64,000 bases of DNA from Minisyncoccota bacterium. GTDB lineage: Bacteria; Patescibacteriota; Minisyncoccia; Phycocordibacterales; UBA9973. The stretch covers positions 241,649-305,648 of the forward strand of contig JBAZXO010000001.1 of assembly GCA_041659785.1 (NCBI GenBank). Direction: 5' to 3'. The notes under the pieces are model-generated. The model had not been told where the DNA came from and searched no databases. It saw only the letters and a list, made by a program, of their open reading frames with translations. The translations under genes and the position numbers were made by a program. This document shows, piece by piece, positions 54,396 through 61,072 of the stretch (the first letter of the stretch is position 1; each line of letters opens with the position of its first letter).

Positions 54396-54620
54396 CTAGC
54401 TCTTTGCAAGAGCTGCTTTAGCTTTCTTTTGCTTCTTTTCAGTCTTTTTTATTAAATCTAAAACTTTTTTACCGCGGTAAAAACCACAAGATGAGCAAAC
54501 TGTGTGTCTTCTCTTCAAAGCTTTGCAATTTTCACACTTAGAAAAGCTCGTACTCAGAAGCGCGTGGTGAGAGCGTCTGTTCTTCGTATGCGATTTTGTA
54601 TGTCTCATTCGTACTACCAT
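54396..54620 (-). CDS. rpmF: 50S ribosomal protein L32 (zinc-ribbon form)
   Basis: RRSHHAL...CENC...CSSCGFYRGKKV. Confidence 0.8.
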   Translation of the reverse strand: MVVRMRHTKSHTKNRRSHHALLSTSFSKCENCKALKRRHTVCSSCGFYRGKKVLDLIKKTEKKQKKAKAALAKS

Positions 54621-54766
54621 AATAAATACATCCTAACATATTATAGATGAAATGCAAAATTTAATTTCATCTACCCCTACCCAGCCTCCCCCTACAGTAG
54701 GGGGAGGAGAAAGGAGGGGGTACACTGAGATTTTTAAAAAAAGCAAAGTATGATAATATAAATACT

Positions 54767-56521
54767 ATGACAAACACTGAAAAACTACATAATTTAAGGC
54801 ATACTTTAGCCCACTTAACGGCAGCAGCTGTCGGAGAAATATATAAATTTGATAATATCAAACTCACTCTTGGGCCTGATATAGACAATGGATTCTATTA
54901 TGATATTGATTTTCTTGGGGCAAAAGTAGCCGATACTGATTTGAAAAAAATTGAAGATAGAATGCGTAAGATTTTACCTAAATGGACAGAATGGGAACAC
55001 AAAGAACTAACTAAAGAAGAAGCTCTTAAATTCTTTGGTAAGAATGAATATAAAACAGAATTGATAAATGAGATTGCCGAACGTGGAGAAAAAATCACCA
55101 CATATACTTGTGGAGGTTTTACAGACTTGTGCCGTGGTGGACACTTGGAACATCCAGTAAAAGAAATAGACCCCGACTCTTTCAAGCTCGACCGTGTGGC
55201 TGGAGCATATTGGCGCGGAGATGAAAAAAATAAAATGCTTACGAGAATTTACGGACTCGCTTTTGAAACCAAGGAAGAATTGAATGCTTACATAATACAA
55301 AGAACAGAAGCAGAAAAAAGAGATCATAAAAAATTGGGAAAAGAATTGGACCTTTTCACTTTCTCTGAGCTCGTTGGGGCAGGTCTTCCCCTATTTACTC
55401 CCAAGGGAACACTTATCAGGGATTTGTTAGATGGCTTCGTGTGGGAACTTCGTAAAAAAGTCGGCTATGAGAGAGTTGATATCCCACACATTACAAAAAA
55501 GGAATTATATGAGACTTCCGGTCATTGGGAAAAATTCAAAGATGATTTGTTTAAAATAAATACTCGTGAGGAGCACGTCTTTGCTATGAAGCCAATGAAT
55601 TGCCCCCACCACACACAGATATACAACCGCAAGCAGTGGAGCTATAAAGAATTACCTCAGAGATATGCTTCTACAACGAAAGTTTATCGAGACGAACAGA
55701 CGGGTGAACTCGGAGGACTTTCTCGTGTACGTTCTATCACTCAAGACGATGCTCATGTATTCTCTCGATTAAAAGATGCAAGTGCTGAGATGGAAAAAAT
55801 TTACAATATCGTTAAAACTTTCTATGGGACTTTCGGCTTTACCTTAAAACCTCGCCTTTCTTTGCATGATCCTAAAAATATGAAGGCTTATTTGGGTACC
55901 GAAGAAGTTTGGGTAAATTCCGAAAAGGCACTCAGAGAGATAATCGTAAAAAATGGAGAGACGCCAATAGAGGCTGCGGGAGAAGCTGCTTTCTACGGAC
56001 CTAAAATAGACTTCATGGCGAAAGACGCCATCGGCCGAGAACACCAAGTGGCTACCATCCAGCTCGATATGAATATGCCAGAGCGCTTTGACTTATATTG
56101 TATTAATGAAAAAGGAGAACAAGAACGCATCGTGATGATTCATGCAGCCATCATGGGCTCAATAGAGAGGTTTCTTTCTGTGCTCATCGAACACACCGGA
56201 GGAAACTTCCCTCTCTGGCTCGCACCTATACAAGTAAAAGTGATTCCGGTGCGAGAAAATCATAACGAATATGCAAAAGAAATTTTCAATCTATTAAAAG
56301 AGAACAACATCCGCGCAGAATTGGATGACAGTGATGGCAACCTTGGCGGAAAAGTTCGTGATGCAAAAAATAACAAAATGCCTTATTGGGTAGTCATCGG
56401 TGATAAAGAAATAGAAGCTAAAAAAGTCACTCTCGAATCCCGCGACGCTGGTCAGCTTGGTCAAATCTCAAAAGAAGAACTTCTCTCAAAGTTCTTGGAA
56501 GAAATAAAAAATAAAAGTTAA
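54767..56521 (+). CDS. thrS: Threonine--tRNA ligase (lacks the N-terminal TGS domain)
   Basis: Begins at the editing-domain HxxxH region (HTLAHL...GPDIDNGFYYDIDF). RDHKKLGKELDLF. Class II motifs. C-terminal anticodon-binding domain. Confidence 0.9.
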   Translation: MTNTEKLHNLRHTLAHLTAAAVGEIYKFDNIKLTLGPDIDNGFYYDIDFLGAKVADTDLKKIEDRMRKILPKWTEWEHKELTKEEALKFFGKNEYKTELINEIAERGEKITTYTCGGFTDLCRGGHLEHPVKEIDPDSFKLDRVAGAYWRGDEKNKMLTRIYGLAFETKEELNAYIIQRTEAEKRDHKKLGKELDLFTFSELVGAGLPLFTPKGTLIRDLLDGFVWELRKKVGYERVDIPHITKKELYETSGHWEKFKDDLFKINTREEHVFAMKPMNCPHHTQIYNRKQWSYKELPQRYASTTKVYRDEQTGELGGLSRVRSITQDDAHVFSRLKDASAEMEKIYNIVKTFYGTFGFTLKPRLSLHDPKNMKAYLGTEEVWVNSEKALREIIVKNGETPIEAAGEAAFYGPKIDFMAKDAIGREHQVATIQLDMNMPERFDLYCINEKGEQERIVMIHAAIMGSIERFLSVLIEHTGGNFPLWLAPIQVKVIPVRENHNEYAKEIFNLLKENNIRAELDDSDGNLGGKVRDAKNNKMPYWVVIGDKEIEAKKVTLESRDAGQLGQISKEELLSKFLEEIKNKS

Positions 56522-56532
56522 TAATAAATAAT

Positions 56533-56658
56533 ATGGAAAAAATAGAAAATTTAGAAAGTAGAATCAGCGAACTAGAAGAACACAACAACAAAAGATGGTG
56601 GATTGAATATGTTATTGGCGCATTAACTGGAGCTGTAATAGTTTTGTTTTTTAGATAA
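56533..56658 (+). CDS. Possible 41-aa small membrane protein (not in the ORF track)
   Basis: MEKIENLESRISELEEHNNKRWWIEYVIGALTGAVIVLFFR has a coiled-coil start and a TM end. Confidence 0.3.
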   Translation: MEKIENLESRISELEEHNNKRWWIEYVIGALTGAVIVLFFR

Positions 56659-56696
56659 TTTAGATATTAATTTCAGTTAATTTTATATTTATTAAC

Positions 56697-56714
56697 CTAT
56701 CATATATGATATAC
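56697..56714. promoter_or_regulatory. 16-bp perfect palindrome TATCATATATGATA overlapping the -10/RBS of the TrpR-like gene. Putative operator. Identical copy at 57152..57169.
   Basis: ctatcatatatgatatacTAAGGAatgcc ATG. Second copy 33 bp past the stop codon. Confidence 0.5.
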
Positions 56715-56720
56715 TAAGGA

Positions 56721-57119
56721 ATGCCACATATTTCATCTAAAAAACTTAAAAAGGAGCACTTGCAAAAACTTTATAGTGAATTTGGTACTGCTCTTGAAAA
56801 ATCAGCTAAAAAATCTTGGGTAAAATTTTTCTTAAATGACTTTTTAACCCGTACAGAAAAAATAATGCTGGCTAAAAGATTCGCTGTTATTTACCTTCTA
56901 TCAAAAGATGTCCCAGCTTCATATATTGCTGACGCACTTTGTATGAGCCCAGCAACTATTTTTAGAATGTCACTTAAATATGATATTGGTAAATACTCTT
57001 CCCTATTAAAGACTATTCAAGCCGACAACAAAGATCTTTGGGGGATTTTAGAGAAAATTTTAAAAGCTGGATTACCTCCTCGTGCTGGACGAGGAAGATG
57101 GAAATTCTTATACAAATAG
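56721..57119 (+). CDS. TrpR/YerC-YecD-like helix-turn-helix regulator
   Basis: LTRTEKIMLAKRFAVIYLL...SYIADALCMSPATIFRMS resembles the Trp-repressor-like fold. Confidence 0.55.
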   Translation: MPHISSKKLKKEHLQKLYSEFGTALEKSAKKSWVKFFLNDFLTRTEKIMLAKRFAVIYLLSKDVPASYIADALCMSPATIFRMSLKYDIGKYSSLLKTIQADNKDLWGILEKILKAGLPPRAGRGRWKFLYK

Positions 57120-57191
57120 ATATTAAAAAAATTCTTAATCTCTTAGACTATCATATATGATATATTAAGAAATAATGCAAAATCTATTAAA

Positions 57192-57647
57192 TTAAAGATA
57201 AATTATTTCTATTCCAAGCTCTTTAGCTTTTTCATGTTCCCATTTTGAGCCAAGAGATGTTTGCCAACTAGACATAAAATAAAAAGTTGAAACCATGCCA
57301 GATTCGAATATAGGCAAATAAAAATCATTTAATATTTCCTTACCTATTTTTTCAACAGAAAATTTCTTTTTTAAAACCTGCATCGGTGTTTCGAAGGGCA
57401 TTTGATCAAACACGTTCAATCCTTGTCCTTGCAGTTTTATAATCGCTTCATTGAATGCATCTAAATTTTTTTCAACAGACCCAAATCCCCCAGTAGCAAC
57501 AGGCCCGCACACCTGCACAAATGGCTTATCCATGCGGTTAATTATCCTAAGTGCTATAGTGCGTAAATCATTAACACTTTCAACTTTTTCGAGATCTTGC
57601 CAATCTTTTTCTTCCCAATATTTTTTTGTTACATCACTGAATTCCAT
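57192..57647 (-). CDS. Hypothetical Rossmann-like protein (possible nucleoside 2-deoxyribosyltransferase-like fold)
   Basis: VQVCGPVATGGFGS glycine-rich loop. Confidence 0.4.
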   Translation of the reverse strand: MEFSDVTKKYWEEKDWQDLEKVESVNDLRTIALRIINRMDKPFVQVCGPVATGGFGSVEKNLDAFNEAIIKLQGQGLNVFDQMPFETPMQVLKKKFSVEKIGKEILNDFYLPIFESGMVSTFYFMSSWQTSLGSKWEHEKAKELGIEIIYL

Positions 57648-57649
57648 TT

Positions 57650-59710
57650 TTAGATATCTATCTCAGCTAATTTTGCATTTGATTGGATGAAAGATTTACG
57701 AGGAGGGACTTCGGAGCCCATGAGAATGTCGAAGATTTTATTGGCTTCTTCGGCATCAGAAATATCTACGCGTTTCAAAATACGATGTTGTGGATCCATG
57801 GTAGTTTCCCAGAGCTCTTCTGGGTTCATTTCTCCTAGACCCTTAAAGCGTTGAATGTGAATCTTGTTTGATTTCTTTGTAACTTCTTCTGGAGTTTCTT
57901 CTTCAGCTATTTCCTCCCCTTCTACTACTTCTTCAATATCGCTCACATCTGCGCCTTTGCCGACAATTTTCAATTTATCTTCATCAGAATAAGCATAAGA
58001 AATTTCTTTGCCTTTTTTTATTTTATAAAGTGGTGGCTGTGCAATATAAATATATCCAGCATCTACGACTGGTCTAAAATATCTATAGAAAAGAGTGAGG
58101 AGCAGTGTACGAATGTGTGAACCGTCCACGTCGGCATCTGTCGCAATGATTATTTTATGATAACGCATTTTATCTAAATCAAAAGTATCTCCAATAGAAG
58201 TACCCATAGCGATGACAAGAGACTTCACTTCTTTAGAAGCGAGCATTTTATCAATACGTGCGCGTTCTACGTTTAGGATTTTTCCACGAAGTGGCAAGAT
58301 AGCCTGAGTACGTCTATCTCTTCCTTGTTTTGCTGAACCTCCTGCCGAATCTCCCTCTACGAGGAAGAGTTCTGATTCAGAAGCATTCTTACTCTGACAG
58401 TCGGCAAGCTTTCCTGGGAGAGTCATACCTTCGAGTGCACCTTTACGAAGCACGGAATCTTTCGCAGCCTTGGCGGCTTTACGAGCCTTTAATGCAAGGA
58501 TTGATTTATTTATTATAGATTTAGCTTCATCAGGATTTTCTTCCAAGAAAGCAGCGAAGGCTTCTCCGAAAACTGTCGCCACAGCACCCTGAGCCTCCAT
58601 ACTTCCTAACTTTGCTTTCGTTTGTCCTTCAAATTGTATTTCACGAAGCTTCACTGAGATAACAGCGGTCAAACCTTCCAAGACATCGTCTCCAGTAAAT
58701 CCGCCTTCGGATTCTTTCATCATTTCATTCTTTTTGCAGTAGGTGTTGAGGGTTCGAGTGAGAGCTGTTTTAAAACCAGTCACATGTGTACCACCTTCTC
58801 CAGTATAAATATTGTTTGCAAAAGGAAAGATTCTATCTGAGATATCATCTACGTATTGTAGAGCTACTTCTACGCCGACATTGTCTAATTCCTTTTCAAC
58901 ATAAAAAATATTGTTCTGAATTGGTTTCTGTAATTTGTTGTAATACTTTACAAGAGACACCAATCCTCCCTCAAAGTAGAAAGACACTGAAGGTAGCTCT
59001 ACTCCAAGCTCTCTGAAATAAAAAACATCTGATGCGTCTTTCTTGCTCTCCATTTCACGCGCATCAATTATTGAAATTTTTAATTCCTTTACTAGGTATG
59101 CTTGCTGACGAATATGGTTCACCACTGTGTTCCAATCAAATAAAATTTTGCCGAATATTAATTCATCCGGCTCAAAAGTAATGATCGTACCATGGAGCTT
59201 CGAGGCACCGACTTTTTTCACTGCAGACTTTTTCTTTCCTTGAGAATATTCCTGAACATATTTAGCGCCATCTTTGTGTACTTCTGCAAGACAGAAAATA
59301 GAAAGTGCATTCACGACAGATGCTCCCACTCCATGAAGACCTCCAGAAACTTTGTATCCTTCCCCACCGAATTTTCCTCCGGCGTGAAGTGTAGTCATGA
59401 CTGTCTCAAGGGCAGAAACTTTTGTTTTTTTGTGTATATCGACAGGAATACCTCGGCCATTGTCTGCCACACGGATACGGTTGTTTGGAAGGAGCACTAT
59501 TTCAATATCATTACAAAATCCACCCATCGCTTCGTCGCGTGAATTGTCGAAAATCTCCCATATTAAGTGGTGTAATCCCTCAGGGCCAGTTGTACCGATA
59601 TACATACCTGGACGGCGCCTGACGGGTTCTAGGCCCTCTAGGACAGAAATGTCAGAGGCATCATAATGATGCCCTTTTGATACCTCATCTTTTGCCTTTT
59701 CTTTTGCCAT
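57650..59710 (-). CDS. gyrB: Type IIA topoisomerase subunit B (DNA gyrase B)
   Basis: GHKL ATPase N-terminus (LEGLEPVRRRPGMYIGT), TOPRIM, C-terminal GLGEMNPEELWETTMDP. Confidence 0.85.
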   Translation of the reverse strand: MAKEKAKDEVSKGHHYDASDISVLEGLEPVRRRPGMYIGTTGPEGLHHLIWEIFDNSRDEAMGGFCNDIEIVLLPNNRIRVADNGRGIPVDIHKKTKVSALETVMTTLHAGGKFGGEGYKVSGGLHGVGASVVNALSIFCLAEVHKDGAKYVQEYSQGKKKSAVKKVGASKLHGTIITFEPDELIFGKILFDWNTVVNHIRQQAYLVKELKISIIDAREMESKKDASDVFYFRELGVELPSVSFYFEGGLVSLVKYYNKLQKPIQNNIFYVEKELDNVGVEVALQYVDDISDRIFPFANNIYTGEGGTHVTGFKTALTRTLNTYCKKNEMMKESEGGFTGDDVLEGLTAVISVKLREIQFEGQTKAKLGSMEAQGAVATVFGEAFAAFLEENPDEAKSIINKSILALKARKAAKAAKDSVLRKGALEGMTLPGKLADCQSKNASESELFLVEGDSAGGSAKQGRDRRTQAILPLRGKILNVERARIDKMLASKEVKSLVIAMGTSIGDTFDLDKMRYHKIIIATDADVDGSHIRTLLLTLFYRYFRPVVDAGYIYIAQPPLYKIKKGKEISYAYSDEDKLKIVGKGADVSDIEEVVEGEEIAEEETPEEVTKKSNKIHIQRFKGLGEMNPEELWETTMDPQHRILKRVDISDAEEANKIFDILMGSEVPPRKSFIQSNAKLAEIDI

Positions 59711-59807
59711 ATATTAAATACATTATAGCAAAAAATAATATTAAATACCAGCCTATTTTTCATTAAAAAACCTTTACTTTTGAGCTATTTTTCTTTATAT
59801 TTAACCA

Positions 59808-60950
59808 ATGAACAATAATTATGATATTAAATTACCAGAAGAGAAAGCCTTACTCCAAAAGCTAGAAAACAGGACAGATACTGAATCACTTCGGATGAAG
59901 CGCTATCTATCTATGCCGGACCTGTCTCGCGATCCAACCTCCCCTATTTATGAAATAGTACACAGAATTTTATCTCAACCTGATTTTAAAGATTTCGATA
60001 TTGTAAAAAGTCCTGAAATCGTTCCTATCGATGTCACTTTTGATCTTTATAATTTTGCACCCGATCATCCTGCCCGTTCACACTCAGATACTTATTTTAT
60101 TGATGATACAAATATTTTACGCCCACATACAACAGTAATGTGGTATTACTATTTAAATCAACCTGAAATAAAAGAAAAGATAGCTCGGGGTGAAACTGTT
60201 GGATTTTTTTCTTTTGGAAAAGTTTATAGAAAAGATGAGATAGATCGCAATCATATGAATGTCTTCCATCAAATGGATGGTGGTTTTTTAATTCCTAAAA
60301 GTAAAAAAACTATTGGCATAGAAGATTTACAAATAGTTTTAGCTGACATTGCAAAGGCTGTGTTCGGACCTGATATAAAATACAGATTCAATAAAGATAC
60401 TTTCCCATATACCGATCCATCGCTCGAGATGGAAGTTGAAATTGCTGGCAGATGGATAGAAGTACTAGGTTGCGGAATTATGACTGATACAATTATAAAA
60501 AATCTTGGACTCGACCCAGATAAATGGAGTAACTGGGCTTTCGGCTTTGGACTAGAACGTTTAGCTATAATAAGTATGGATTTACCAGACATTCGTCTAC
60601 TCTGGTCTGAAGATGAACGCGTAGTTAAACAATTAAAACTAGGACAAAAATTCGTAGAAGTCAGTAAATACCCGCCCATCGTACGCGATATTTCTTTTAT
60701 TGTTCCCAATACTTTTATACCAAATGATTATTTCGATTTCGTACGAGAATCTATTCCAGACATCGTAGAACAAGTAGAACTTTTAGATAAATACGAAAAT
60801 GAAGCCAAGTTTGGTAAAAATAAAATAAGTTATGCTTATCGTATCACCTATCGCTCCTTAAACAGAACTCTCACTGCCGTAGAAATTGACCAAGTCCACA
60901 AAAAACTAGAAACAGAAACGACCAAAAATTTCGAAGCAGTCATTCGTTAA
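59808..60950 (+). CDS. pheS: Single-chain phenylalanine--tRNA ligase (PheS catalytic core fused to a C-terminal FDX-ACB anticodon-binding domain)
   Basis: DHPARSHSDTYF (motif 1), FHQMDG (motif 2), GFGLERLAII (motif 3). Then PPIVRDISFIV...YRSLNRTLTAVEID matching the FDX-ACB fold. Confidence 0.75.
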   Translation: MNNNYDIKLPEEKALLQKLENRTDTESLRMKRYLSMPDLSRDPTSPIYEIVHRILSQPDFKDFDIVKSPEIVPIDVTFDLYNFAPDHPARSHSDTYFIDDTNILRPHTTVMWYYYLNQPEIKEKIARGETVGFFSFGKVYRKDEIDRNHMNVFHQMDGGFLIPKSKKTIGIEDLQIVLADIAKAVFGPDIKYRFNKDTFPYTDPSLEMEVEIAGRWIEVLGCGIMTDTIIKNLGLDPDKWSNWAFGFGLERLAIISMDLPDIRLLWSEDERVVKQLKLGQKFVEVSKYPPIVRDISFIVPNTFIPNDYFDFVRESIPDIVEQVELLDKYENEAKFGKNKISYAYRITYRSLNRTLTAVEIDQVHKKLETETTKNFEAVIR

Positions 60951-61072
60951 AATATTTGTTATAATTTAACAATAATGAAAAAATACTTCTGGATTTTAAT
61001 CATTCTAATGACTATTTTTACAGCCCTAGGCTTGTATTTAGGCTGGTTAGACAATGGGCCTAGGTTTTTCTT

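Noticed and set aside
54650-54766. T-box riboswitch upstream of thrS
   Set aside because: Leader is only ~120 nt, with no specifier-loop/antiterminator architecture or T-box consensus (AATTAGGGTGGTACCGCG-like) sequence.
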